From positions 1 to 64,000 of the forward strand of contig CAXNAD020000003.1 in assembly GCA_964200185.2 (NCBI GenBank): DNA of 64,000 nt, given 5' to 3'. The position numbers were made by a program, and so were the translations under genes. Positions within the stretch are counted from its first letter, which is position 1. Every line of letters starts with the position of its first letter. This DNA is from Choristocarpus tenellus KU-1152. Lineage: Eukaryota > Protista > Phaeophyceae. Positions 24,901 through 39,000 of the stretch are shown in pieces. The notes beneath the pieces were generated by a model. It did not search any database. It worked only from the letters and a program-made list of their open reading frames with translations, and had not been told where the DNA came from.

Positions 24901-27454
24901 TCCATGGTAGTGATCACCAGAGGATACATCCAATAGCAAAATCAGTAGAAGCTCCCTCCAGTCCTCCAACATGGATGGTGACATTTTCTCCACTTTTAGG
25001 GGGTGCATTGAGCAGATCACACCTCGAGGTCGCTACAACCCTACAACACCATCAGTAAGAAGGGAGCAGTCCCAACAACAAAATATACACCCCAGACCCA
25101 ACCCGAGAAATGCCATGCCTCTCCAAATTCTGCCCTTCTTCCTCCAAAGTTTAATTGTTTCCATCCATTCGCTGTCAGTACTTACCTTTTCACACATTAT
25201 GAACAAATCATATAGGCAGGACTGTGGGAGGCGTTCTTGTTATTGGTACAGGGATGAATGCGTGTTTGACAAGTTGTTGAAGTTCAAAGGTGCTACCCAT
25301 CCAAACTTCTTGAAAGTAAAGTGATTTATTACAAAAATAAAAACATTTAATTGTCCTGTAGAAGTTCTCCAAATTTTCTGTGTAGGTACGAATTCATGAT
25401 ATATATATATATGAATTTGAAACTGTGTATTCCAATACATGTTTCTTAGCAGATCAAAAAAGAGTAGTGCATATTAATAGCAGTATTTCACGCTCATCAA
25501 CAATATGAAGATATTACAAAGGGGGGGACAAGAAGCAATGTATGTAGGCAGCAAATGTGTATTAGGTCCAATGGTGGTTACAGCATTTCAATTTTGAACA
25601 TTTCCAAGTGGGTATATGCCAAGGGGTCCATCCAACGCAACAACTGAGAGGGGGAGTAGATTTGCATAAAAAATAATAACACAAGCGCTAGTGTTGTAAG
25701 TAAACTGAAAGAATTTACGTTTAAAATGACACAAAACTATATTTCTTTCTAACTTTCTTTAATTAATACGATTCAAACGTCGGTGTGTAAGAAGGGGTGA
25801 CACAAAGTAACAAATACAAAACACACTAAGGTTGACATTGACAAGTTGCCTGCCACATCCCGAGGTAAAAACTTGAAAGACTCCACAGGTCTGTCTCCGC
25901 AGGAGGGTGTGAAGCAATGAACAGATATATGTGTAGTGAGTTGTGGATATTAATAGCGATAGAGTTAATGATGTCACACCTGGTGTGACAATTGTGTAGT
26001 GTAGTTCTGTCACCTCTGAGATGTTCACTGCACAGTAGTCAAACTTCCAACTGTATTGTGATAAAGAAAAAAAATGAATATCCTAACATTTTCAGTTCGG
26101 TTACTTGGATATATATTCCAATTGAACAGTCACAAGATACAACAACACTAATCAACAGACAAGAACAGTCACAAGATACTACAACAGCGGCTGCGGTGGA
26201 ATTGGGTACTATTTCACAACGGCTCCAGTGAAAACAACGATGGGTGGTGGGATGGCATGACAGCATTGATGTAGCCATCAATCAAACAACAACAATAATA
26301 ATATAAACTCACAATGAATTTAAAATAGTTTTTCTTTCAAAACATTCCACCCTGCCAAACAAAATCAGACAAATTTACCACGCTGTTCTAGAATGAACAC
26401 AACTTCTTTTGTCATTTTGTTGTCAAATCTCAAATTGGTCATTTCTCTTCTACAGCATCATAACAACAACAAGCATGCCTTCCATTTCCCAGCAGTCACA
26501 AGAAATGATTGCACACCAATTCTTGAAACAACCTGTAAAACTCAAGTACCTCACATCACATGCAACAATAATCATCACCAATGTTACTATTACTCATCTA
26601 TCTAGTGTCCTTTGGAGGAGAGACCCCTTCCTCCCATGCCGATGACATTGTGTAAGACTGTTCTAATCAATAGTTTGCACATTACTGACTACCTCCAACA
26701 CCAACTATATCCTTAGAAAAACGTAGTGTATCTTCTTGTATTCTGTAGAGAAAATTTCTTGATGTTTAACATTTCAACTCAACATTCAAACCAAAGAGGT
26801 TAGACAACAGTGATTAGACCCCAGTCAACCACTCTCTCGTGTCTGATGTCTCTGTCCATTTCATTCTCAGGGAAAAGGAAACACACGGGCTCTCAAAAAA
26901 ATAGCCAGACAGAGAGCTCCGGCTCTGGATTGACCCTTGTGAAGGCTAGTATTAATAGTAGCTCTTTGTTGAGATCCAGTAAGTTCACTTGCACAAGATA
27001 GTATGTCACAGCTGATGCAAGGCAAGAGAAAGTAGAGTATCCCTCCAATTTTATTGGAACGTAGTAACAATAACAGCACACTATTTCCACATCTCACCAA
27101 TGGGATACCTAACAATTGAGAGGGATTATTGCCTCATGGCGCCACAAGTATGCATCACACATGAGCAATTAGTGAATGCATATTCATGGTGTTGTAACTG
27201 ATATGAACAATCAAACAGATACAGGTGCAACAATCATGTACTCGTACTTAGAAGAAAAAGTAAGATGATATCACCAAGTCCATCCGATAAACTATCACCT
27301 ATTATGTATACAGTTGAATCCTTAAATTCAAATTGAAAAATGGCATAATACTAATGCAAATATTAATAATACCAACAATATCAAACACCATCAGCACCAG
27401 CACCAACAGGTTGTATCTGCCTTACTCTTTCAAGTCACCTCAACAGACATCACA

Positions 27455-30400
27455 TCACAGTTCATCGTGCTTCACGTTGGGGCCTTGGGTATCAAAATGA
27501 CCTGGCAAAGCACAAGCTTCAGATATATCTACCGCCAATTGTGTATGGTACTCCCGATTCCACTCCTCCAGGTCAACAAAGGAACGCACCAGCATTCCAT
27601 TGTAGTAGACCAATATGGTTCCACAATCAAACAGCTCCACAACCAAGCGGCTTGCAAACTGTCAACAATAACATAACAATAACACAACAGGTGAGCAGAA
27701 AGAAGCATGCCCATGTTTTGTCAATTGGCCAAGCTGTATCAGAGTCATCATTCAAGTCACATTGCATCAAATTACACTTTGGCACATCCTACATTGTTGG
27801 GAGGACTACACCACAGAAAGTAACTAAAGCATATTTCAACACTATAATCTCTGCACCATAACCAAGCCATGCTCCTTGCACTGGGAGTGGTAGAGCAGCA
27901 ATGCCATCACATGTACAGTTTGAAGGGAAAAAAATGTGATGAACATTTCTACAAAACTTGTGTATTTCATGTTTTTTGTTGTAATTAAATGTGTAGTATC
28001 CAATATTACTTTCTGAATAGACATGGGTGCAGTTGTGCGTGATACATTACTATGGTAATCAATTATATTAAGACACTGTCAGGGATGGTTTTTCTTGTCA
28101 ATCTATTGATTGGTGAGGGCACACAGGAAACGACCATCCCATCCCACAAAGTAAAGAACAAAGTTGTTACAATGCTGGCTGCACTCAATGCACTCACTGG
28201 ACACATCTTGGATGCTTCACTCGTCTCTGCATTTTCTCCCAAGTCAAAGAGGTTCATCAATGCTGCAAGAGGCAACACAGTGCTATCGTGTGTAAAGAAC
28301 AACTCCACCCTCCTCCTCCTCCTCCTCCTCTCACTCGAGTCATTGTCACTGCCATTGCTGGATATGCTCATCTGGTCTGTGATGTGCTGTAAGAGAGGTG
28401 ACATAACTTCTCTTGTCACATCATGACGTCCATACCCACGAAGCTGTCAGGTAAGAGTAGACGTAGTATGTTAAAGGTTATCACAGATCAAGCAGACACA
28501 CAAAAGTACAATACGCCACCCAAGGTGTACCAAGCACTATTATCAAGTCCTTACAAAAAAATCTTGACATTTTATTATTGCTATAACCTGTATACAGAAG
28601 CACTCTAACTTATCCATCCCCTCCCTGATATAATACTACAGTACATTAATGTTGATTTGTACATTTGCCTGCCTATTGAAAGGTGGTACTGTCAATGTAT
28701 GAGATAATTCTTTCCCATTGTACTGTCAGTGTTTGAGGCTACAATTGCGTGTGCATCGGGATTGAACTGAAAGGCAAGACTGGCATCAACATTCCCTATG
28801 TCGCCATTATCCATCTAACAATGAATATAACTAAATGGGAAAGTATTGATCCTGTTTGACGTCAACAGCAGTTGTACTTTTAATCCATTTTTCGTATCAG
28901 ACTAGATAGAATAAGCACCCCTTTAATTACAACATAAATAAAAGCATCATGCCATACCCAAGTAATAGTAATAGTAATAGTACGGATAGGATCCATCAAG
29001 TCAACACACTAACAAGAGAGAAGTTCCATAGAATTACATGGATAACTGATGTCTGTAAAGAGTCAACAGTACAGTGAACCCTCTACACCCTTCATACCCA
29101 CAGTCCACAATATACCTTCCATGCAAGAAAATAGGAAAGGTCCCCCAATAGACTGTATAACACAATATACTGCTACAACTGTCATTAACAGCACAGAAAG
29201 GGTACATGAAAGGCTAACATGTGAAGGCGATGTCTATATGTGTAACCAGAACAATGCCATTTCCATAGAGTCAGAGAAGTGCAACTCTTTCATTCCTCTG
29301 TACATAGGCTCACTATTGATAGATGGGTGTGCTCTCAGCAAGAGGAATATAGCCTTTCCAAGAACTCTATGATTGCAACATTTGTAACAAGTAACGGCAC
29401 TTAATAGTCCACTTCTTCACACACTTCATAATCAAATCTCATAAGTCAACTGCCACCTGCATGGTTGCTGATGGCCCATTCATACATTGAGCACATACAT
29501 AGGAAGGACATATCCTGGATAAGAGGAAGGCAAACGGCACATGCAATCCCTAAACACATGCCTTTCAGTACTAGTGATCAAGCAGGGCATAATAATCCAT
29601 TTTCCTTACCAAGAAGTTTTCTAGGTCTTCTTCCATATCAAATGGTTGCATATTTTCCACCCCTAACATGCTGCAGGCAAAGGTTGTGTTGACCTGTCCA
29701 TAGCCAAGTGCCACATCAGTTTGACAACCATAATAGGCACCATGCACATCAGCTGCCTGCAACTCCTCAACAGGGAGGCCTGAAACAGCAGATATCTGCA
29801 TTTTTCAACGGGTTTGAGAAAACGGAGCATCTCATCAGTTGCCCAAGTAGGGCACATAGTTCACAAGCGCAAGTGATGTTTGCTGTAACAAATCTTTGGT
29901 CACACTTCATGACTCTATGCTTTACCAGCAATCCAACACCATTGATACAGCACTGTACCTTCCTGATAGCCCTCTCCACCAAGTCCTGATCAAGTGGTGG
30001 CTCAAAAGCTTGACGCACCTCCTGTCCACAACCAATCGAGGTCAGCAAGATGGAGTCAAAGGATGGAAGGTGGGCTCAACTGGATTGGAAATATTTTGAA
30101 TTATGTAATGGATTATTTCATTGTACACTCCCACCTGTAGCAGTGCACACGATTTGTATGGCCTCAGGAGACGGTCATCCACATTTTGGCAGTAATGCTT
30201 GTCCTCTGTTCCCACCCAGAAGTCAACAGCCCTGGCAGGTACAAAGGATGAGCATGACACTGTGAACAACTAACCCTAACCTCAACAAAAGGTCAATGAC
30301 TACTGTTAATCTTTACTGAACCATGGGTAACATCAGTTTAATCAATATCGGCATAGCTTCACCAATACGGGTCACCCGTAACTTAGTGCTTTTTCGAGCT

Positions 30401-31353
30401 GTGCCTGTTGTAACCAAACATCGCTGCGTCTGGTTAGGACTAGTTGTGACCACGTACAAGTAGCTCACCCATTCAAAAAGGAATCACAGCTGCTTTGACA
30501 TCGCTGGGACGAAGATGTACGTATAGAAACATCCAATGATGCTGTGCTTCCCCACAAGTATTTCGCACCGACATCTCTGCCAAGGTCCTGGCTTGAAATA
30601 AGGATGCAGATGCAGAATATGTCGTATGCACTAGACACGAGGAGATTTCCAGCTATGATAAGGGCATTAGATGAGCTTAAAATCTACAGACATTTTACCA
30701 TCTCACCTCCATCTCCCTGGCGCCCAGCGCAGAAAGGCTGCCAGGACGGACACCGTCCGCATCTCTAAGTATCTGCAAGCACCAATCCTTTGCTCCAGAA
30801 GGGATAACCTCTACGCCATCGTCTTCAGCAGCTCGGCATATTCTTTCTGCCAGATCAGTCACGGCCGCCATCTTGTTAACGGTGGGAAAACGAGCACCAT
30901 GCCGAGCAACCACCGCGACATATCGAAGATGTGAAATGTTGGCAATGGGGTCATTCTCTTCGCGAGTCTCAATCGGTGCTTCCTTGTCTGACACCTCCAA
31001 TGATGGGCATGCTGTCACCAGATCGATTCCTTCTGCTGGTGGATTGCGTAGAAGCTTTGGCCTGCTGTAAGCTGCGGAAGGTGATAAGTCAACCTATAGC
31101 AGCCAACATATATCATATCAAACTTGAAATACGCACTACCTTCCTCGTACTTACCTTCAAGGGGATAGTACGGTCTTTTCGTACCCAGAGGGGAATCATG
31201 GTGGTAGCTTCGTACCTCGGAACACAAGGTTCCTAATACGAATCCAAATACCAATGTTCGACAAGTGCGTATCCATTGGAGTAGGACACGAAGAAACGTA
31301 AAACGAGCTACAGGCGAGGATGCACCAGGCAGTCGAGAACATAGACAAACCAT
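27455..31353 (-). CDS. MINPP1: Histidine acid phosphatase, multiple inositol polyphosphate phosphatase/phytase-like, ER-retained (~480 aa, 8 exons)
   Basis: Exons 31353-31155, 31035-30707, 30587-30469, 30231-30135, 30021-29959, 29795-29610, 28443-28198 and 27658-27455 are phase-consistent (1443 nt). Motifs: LGTKRPY, RHGARFP (RHGxRxP), RCQSSCDSFLNG, RGYG, FTHDSTVLPL, CP|FASRLVVELFDC, C-terminal KHDEL. Confidence 0.88.
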
Positions 31354-32037
31354 TCGCTTGCAATATTAATATGTCAACAGGATGATCACACCGGAAAGAA
31401 GAGTGACGGAAGTAGGGTGGCGCACTATGGTTTCTTAGGTATGTGCAGGGTGGCCGTGGAAACTGAACACCAAGTGATGTGCAAATGGGTTTAGACACTA
31501 TATACACTATATACAACATAGGAGTTTGTAAAGAACATAGTGGCCTACTGCGCGTTCATTATGAAGTTGATGCTCGCTCGCGGAATGGTGGTTGCAGGTT
31601 AGCGCATGTTTCCACTTTACATCACATACCTCCCTCTCGATTTCACGTTTTGGGGATTAGAGAACTATAGTCTGGGACCCTGAGGCGTAATCATGAGGGC
31701 ATGTGTGGCTATGGGTCTGGTTTTGTTGGTGGGAAGCACCGGTGAGTTACGAGTTTCCATCCTGTCGTTCACTGTTGACTTCGTGTGGTTCTCAAATAGG
31801 CGTCATCTTCAAGTACCTAAACTATCCTGAAATGCTTTTAGGCGGGGCTGATGAGTACATCGGAATATGTAATATTGCGTGGTGCGTTAATATGTCTTCA
31901 AGGAGTGACGATGTGATAAGGTAATGTTGCTGAGATTGTATGGATGAGTAGTTCTCGCCTTCGATTTCCACCCTCTTGCAAGTTGGTGTTGCAATGAGAG
32001 GTAGAAAATCACAAGTTTTTCGAGTTCATATGATTTC
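31354..32037. promoter_or_regulatory. Putative bidirectional promoter / 5' UTRs (MINPP1 <- -> rpl15)
   Basis: 684 bp between divergent start codons; CpG-rich. Confidence 0.6.
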
Positions 32038-35000
32038 ATGCTTCATGCTCTTCTTCAACTGTTTGCTTGGTGTTCTTTTGCGGTTTCCTCTTCAGACGCG
32101 TTTGTAGCTTCAAGTCGGTTCGTGGGACTCCAGGTGGCGGGAGTTTCTGACGTTGTTGTCGCAACTTCACAGTCGAACGTGGGCGTGACCATGAAGATTT
32201 TTGACTGGAAGCGACGGACGAACCCAGATGGCATGGGTAAGCTTTATCTCTTGCTGATGAATGGTTGCCCACTTGTACCTTTCTAGTGGGAGTCATATGT
32301 TGCAGTCATAACCCATATTTCTCTGTTGTCCATTCCTCATCATTCTGTGGTCCTTCATGCACACTTTCTCTACCGTCGGTCGTAGGAAACTCTAGAGTTA
32401 GGATTGATTTTCTTATTTTTGCACCGGTTCATTCCTCCCCCATCATTTCTTATTCTCTGACTGGACTCTAACATACCTTCCCACAGTCCTTGATCAGCTG
32501 TCGCCTGATACTCTGAAGCATGCTCCTGGTGCTAGGCACCGGAAGAAACGAAAGGGTCGTGGTATTTCTGCTGGTCAGGGTGCATCTTGCGGATTTGGCA
32601 TGCGTGGCCAGAAGTCACGATCTGGAGTAGGGGTGCGAGCAGGATTCGAGGGAGGTCAACAGCCCTTGTACCGCCGTCTTCCTAAGTATGTTGGACGTCC
32701 CATGGGTCCTGGTCACACAAAGAAGGTGATGTCAACATCCGCATCTACTCCTGTGTTTAGAAGTTTATCTTTGGCCCAGCTAATGTGATTGCTTTAAATT
32801 TGTGATTTTTTTGGATATGCCTTAAATGCCCGAACCAGGAAGAGTAGTTGTGCGCCACCGCTAAGTGATTTTCCACCTGGTGTAATTTGTGTAGGCAATA
32901 TCCATGTCTGACCATGAGCAGCTTAGCTTTTTCTTCCTCGCCACTTGCCTCTGTAACTTTTCAACACATAAGTGCTGGAGTTTCTTCACCCACAAGAGTA
33001 TAGGTTTATTCCATCCCTAATGCCCATGACCATGCTTGTTACTGCAGAAATTCAATTTGATCAAGATAGAAGCACTAAACAGTGCCGAGGCCGGATCGGT
33101 GGTCAGTTTTGAGTCTCTTCTTGAGAGCGGTGAGTACAATTTTGTAAAAAGTGTTACTAGTGTTGATCTTAATTCAAGGGTGGTTTGTGATGCATCTGGT
33201 TGCAGTATTTGTGTATTTAGTATTTGTATATTTGGTATTTGTATAATTGGCGTTTGATGAAGTTAATACGTTAGCGGGTGTTGATTCACTTTTTTGGAAT
33301 ATCTTAAAATATACTGGTACGTTGTGGTTCATTCATGAACGGTGTTGATGTACTGTAAAATGTTAATACTGTTGTGCAGTATTAAATTATAAATTTACAA
33401 GAAAAACAATAGGGAGAAACAAATCAATAGTAACATTGACCAAAAATGTAGGGACTGTTTTTCAGTGGAGTGTCTAGTAGGGATAATTCTTCACAATAGA
33501 AGATGCGTTTTACATATTCCAGTTTTATGAAATGTCTGCTACACTTTTGTGAAGTACTAATAAATAATATCTTTTTGGTAGTGCTGCATTGTGCATTATC
33601 CAACACTGGCTGTAGTCAAAGGTAGTTCACGTTTGTTGCCCTAAAATAAAAGGCCCCACATTGATAGCCTTCTCTTTCCATCCCTTGGTTGATCAATTTA
33701 GCGTGGTAGTGCTTGATTTAGTTTAGTAGACTGTCATCAAACTTTCATCAAAATATAATCAAAATATCTTGTTGCAAGTTGGAAGTAGTAAGGGTGGTTG
33801 GTTGTTTCATCATTGGGCACACAATCATCTGACCATGCTATAATATACTACTAAAATGTACTAAAATATACTGTGTGAGTGGACATGGCTTACTCTATCT
33901 TTACCACATCGCTCTGCTGAATTGTAGCTTCTTTGAGTTGTTAGGAAAATTAGACTTTGTGATAAGTGTGATAATACATGATTGCTCGTGATAGACAAAA
34001 TTGTTCATCACCATGCCTTACGGGATATTCTGTACCTGACATAGAAATGCTGCAATAGCTACAGCCTTTCCCATGTACTCTTATCTTATCCTCCACAGAC
34101 GTTTTTTTGGGGAGGTGGAGGTGTAAATGTAAATTTCATGAAAATTTCATTGCAATTACTTAATACGAGTTTAGTAATAATCCATATGTAATATTTGTAT
34201 CGATTTGCAACCCTGAGGTGAGGGTTCAACTCTGGAACTTTCAGGCACAAAGCACTAATATGACACCTGTGATTTTGTTAGTTGCTACATAATTCACTCA
34301 GTACCTAAAAGTGATTTAACTCTTCCTATGATTCCTCCTGTGTATGCAGCACTGTTTGATTACGGTAGTGTATGGTATGCCTTGATGCACTGTCAATTTT
34401 TTTTAGTATGGACCGATTTGTATATTTTATAATATTGTAACTGTCATCCAAGACTGGTGTATTTAAATGAACTGGCACAAACCTTCAGGCAAGCACAGGT
34501 ATACTAAGGTTTGTTTTACCCAGATATGTAACATGTCATACATACATAAAATATACAATATACAATAAATTAATACAATGCTCTTATGTCACGGTCTCTT
34601 TTTTTTATTTCAGCAAGGGCATAGTATGTGACGCCTGACCGATTTTTGTGTCATTTGTGAATTTCACACTGCTGCATATTTGTGTTCAACAAGGGTTTAT
34701 ACATAGTTTAATAGATGAGTTACATGGTCTATACCTTCAATAGATAGATGAGTTACATGGTCCAAGTGTCAGTTGGAAACCCCTTGAATGCATGGTAGTC
34801 AACTGTTCTCCCATTGTATGTTCCAAACAGGTGCAACAACCAAGACCAAGCATAGGTGGCACAAGATTGTTGCCGGGGGGGACCTGAACGTCTCTGGGCT
34901 GACAGTTCAGGTATATAGAAAATTGAAAAGAGTACTTAACATGGTTTTGGGTAGGGTAATTTCCATCAAAATTTTGCCCTTGAAGTTGCCCTTGGGTCTT

Positions 35001-36348
35001 CACTTTAACGAGCTTTTCCTATATCTTGGTTGATTTTTTCTGGTGCTTTGTTCAAATGTAAGCTTGTGTGCTACTGGGTTTCAATATTTTTTAGTTTTTA
35101 GTTTGAAAAAATTGAAGTGTTTTGAAAAGGTGTTAGGTGCCAATTAGTAACTGAAAATTCAGTTAGCTCTCGTTCACTGGCTGCTGTTGGAAGCACTTCA
35201 AAAGCAGAGCCTCTTGTCGAAAATGAGTCACCATTACATAGGGGGCAGTTTACAGATTATAGGATACCCTGTCGTCAGGCATTGTGCATAACTTGTGAAT
35301 GTGATGATCATCTTTCTGAAGTACTGAACTTGTGCTGTAGGAGTGTTCAACATCACCCTGCCTAGTAAGTTAAGGTTAAATTTAGATTGCAGGTGATGCT
35401 CAATAACAGTAGGTCATGATCCTCTCCATCTAAAATTGTAAAAACCCCTATGCTGAATCATGAGCATGTTGGTAGGTAGTGTCTTTTTGTGCTAAATCGA
35501 CCTGTCCCTGTGTGCCCTGTGTGTCTTGTTTTTGAGGGGTAATTTATGATGTAACACTTCCATATTTTTTTATCTATTTGCTTCAAAAAAGAAAAAATGG
35601 TTAGTTTGATGAAGGAATAATTTCATGGTGTACATTTGGGTTTATGTAAATGAAATTGCTTCAAGCTCATGAATACTTTAACAAACATGATGACTCCTTT
35701 CAGTCCTCTTTGTTAGCAATAGGTACATGCAATAGGTGCATGAGAGATGAGAGGGATTAAAACCGCAAGGTACAGACAGCTCCATCAGAGTTGACAGGAA
35801 ACATGTGTATAATAATAATAATAATAATAGTCCTTCCCATTGCATGTCAAGATACCTGGGGTGTTTTTTGTTCTAAACCCAAACTGTAAGAATTTTCCCT
35901 AGCAGTGACTCACAACAAATTTCTACAGAGATCCATGCCTTAGTTTTTAGATGGAAATGTCTTTAATAGAATGTAACACAAGAAATTTTTTTAATTGTAA
36001 TTATTGTACCTAATAGTAACAGGAAATAGTATGAAAGTTACACTCTTCTGATCTTAAATTGCAATTACAGTACTCTTTACGCTTGATTATACCTGAAGTA
36101 CTAGCTTCTTACAGTTTAAGTCTCCTTCAATAGCACAAACTCCAACACAATCCTTAACCATTGCCTGCAACCAGGCTCATGGATTTACAAAGGGTGCTGT
36201 TGAGGCCATTGAGGCCAACAATGGGAAATGTCAACTTCTGTCCCCTACCACCAATGAGGTGCTTGATATGGGTGATGGTGATGAACAAGAAGCTGAAGAC
36301 ACTGTTGCTGAAGATACTGCTGAGGAAGACACACAAGAAGACGCATAG
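32038..36348 (+). CDS. rpl15: Plastid 50S ribosomal protein L15 (uL15c), nucleus-encoded (~257 aa, 5 exons)
   Basis: Exons 32038-32236, 32487-32725, 33048-33129, 34831-34910 and 36175-36348 (774 nt). Motifs: [45 protein letters not shown]|AHGFT..AIEANNG. Signal peptide followed by 'SDAFVAS' (ASAFAP-like). Confidence 0.95.
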
Positions 36349-38835
36349 GAAACACCCTAGTCATATTGGGGAAGTGGTCAAGGACTAGATGGCATCTACA
36401 AGAGCAATACCTTGTGGGTTAAGACATGGTTGATTCCTATTGTAGCATACAGCAGTGATCTCAATGGTAATACTAACACTTGATGCCCAGGTTGTGTCGA
36501 TTTGACACTTTGGTAGACCAAGACACTTTTCAATGCATTACATAGTGGATCATGAAAAACAATATAAAAAACAATACACAAATGCACCGGTTATTTAGAG
36601 GACAAGACAAGGCGATTTCCTTTCAAAGTGGTGTCAAATTCAAATTCAAAAGCAAGACTATGTGGCAGCAGCAAGGTACCCCACTTCATTTGTCAGTGGT
36701 AGGTATACTTGTGGTTCCTTCTCATTGCTGGTTAATGATTCTTGATCTATTCTTGGTGATATTTTTTAGTACAACTCGGAAAATAGGTTTGTTTTCACAG
36801 TAGGAGACTCTTGACACTTGCCTATTCCTTGTGAAGAGGTCTTGATATGGACCATGCTAAGGTCCCCATTGATGATATTGTGTGAGGTAGTTAACTGAGA
36901 CCCATGCCCCAAAACTTGACTCAAGTGTGGTTTATACAATAACAAGATCATACTTGAGATACAGATAATAGATGTGTAAGGTGCAGCCTGCGCCATGTGA
37001 AGAAATTTAATTCACTGAACTGAAGAATGGATGCTTGACCTTACTATCAACCAATATGGAACGTGTTCACATTTATCTCTCCATTTAGACTTGAGTACTT
37101 GACATAATGAGCTTCCAGACGAGATGAAACAATCTGATAGAAAGGACAATGTTAGACCTGAATAAGGACCTGGTCGAAACCCTCCTCTGTTCTGGACGCA
37201 ACCGCCTCAATTTTCTATTGCTACAGTAGGTTGGATCATAGTGCCTGTGATGGGACAACATCATGTGCATCGAACCTTGACCATAGGAAATAGTTACCTT
37301 CAACCTTGAATCCAACATGTAACACTTCACAGGACAGGCGTGTTTGATGTTGTAAGACACAATCAGCCTGCTAAGGCCTGATCCGTCCAACAATAAACTG
37401 TAGAGAACCCAATGACTACTGGTGGTGAAAGAGTCAACTTCCAAAATATTCCAAGTTAATTGTCAAACCCTAACCCTAAGTCTGCTTGTAATGTTGCTGT
37501 TAATATTTTAAAATACACTACACACATTGCATATTAACATGCTCCATATACATGTTTGGTGGATTTGATTCACTCAATTTTGCACTACATACTTCATCTG
37601 AGTCTTGTCCATTGCACATCAAGATCTTTGAGTCCTCTACCAGGTTCTGTAGATGAAAAGGTATGGGAGCACCCCCTCTCTTGAGTGAAGTACTATAAAA
37701 TATTACTTATTATTATTATGTAGTGCATCAAGGCAACTATACACAAAGGATGGAGTCAAATACTTTATGGACACCTACCATAGTAGGGGAGCTGAAGCAC
37801 ACACACCTCTCCATACAAGAAATGAATACAGTGACCAAGCACACATGGCATGTGACACATGACACAACCTTCGGAGCCTGGATTTGGGTGCGCTGACTTG
37901 AAACTAGTGGTTTGTTGATAGGATAGGATATACAAACAAATATGAATATTTTTGTAGAGGTAGATCCTAAGTGTAGAAGTAGATCCTAAATGTGAACACA
38001 ACCAAAATAACACCTGACAAAAATCTGTCTCTTGTCTGAAATGAGGTAAACTGGCAGGTAGTTGAGCGCACAATCTCCAAAGATGTATCTATAGGGTAAT
38101 TGTATCTGTAGAAGGTAACACGAAGTCCATATGTATCTTAATGAACTTCCAACATGACTCATATCCTCACATATCCTCACATGCAAGACACAACACCTAC
38201 ATGCAAGACACGATAGAAAAAAAAATGCCACATTACAATTGAAAATTGTTTTTACTCTTTCCTATCAAAGCATGTAGGAACTGAAGCTAGAGAGTATCAG
38301 TATCTACAATGAACTAGTTACAACATACAACAATGATGCTCTTGTTGCTCATATCTTAGTTGTTGATAATTTGGTCAATTAGTGAACATGCCCAATATAT
38401 CGCTTCTTCATATGTGGGTTTCTTTTTCAGTAATCCATCACTCATTTTTTTTTATATTTGACATAATTGTGGTAACAACTAGAGATGGTTCCTCAGTTTT
38501 GTTTTATTTGAGAAGTGTGCATATCTCCAAACACCGTAAGTGGCAAACTTGTAGGAATTGGTGTTGTGGTCAGTACTAATTCATCTGGAGGTATATATTT
38601 TTCACCTGTAGACGTTTGCCCAACACCAAATAGTTGTTGTGTGTCAATTACTTGACAAGAAATATAGCACTTAATCATAGTATTAAGTTAGAGAATTTAG
38701 GATTTCCCAATGAAGGACTAAGACTTAGGGTTACCAGTTGATGTATGGCACTTGATCTCTGTTCTTTCTTTGATGTGTACCTGAGAGTGGAATTATGTAT
38801 GTCTCTCCTTGGACTCATTATGACTCAAAGTATCA

Positions 38836-39000
38836 TGGAGGGTGGGTGGGTCTACACCAGTGTGTCAATTCGGGCCCTGACTAGGAGAAGTGTACTTACA
38901 TTATCCATCTGACATATAGAACCAAATTCACCCAAAAATCGCAACATGGAAATATGACCCCAAATGAACAGCTGCTACCCCCCCCAGATAATTTGAGCCT
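38836..39000 (+). repeat. Dispersed repeat, copy 2
   Basis: Same-orientation diverged copy of 13-180. Confidence 0.8.

Noticed and set aside
24700-27150. Possible extra minus-strand gene between leuA and MINPP1 (GTAAGT donor near 25180, ORFs 24729-24929 and 26867-27115)
   Set aside because: No phase-consistent chain or recognisable domain; may be 3' UTR or decayed sequence. RNA-seq is needed.
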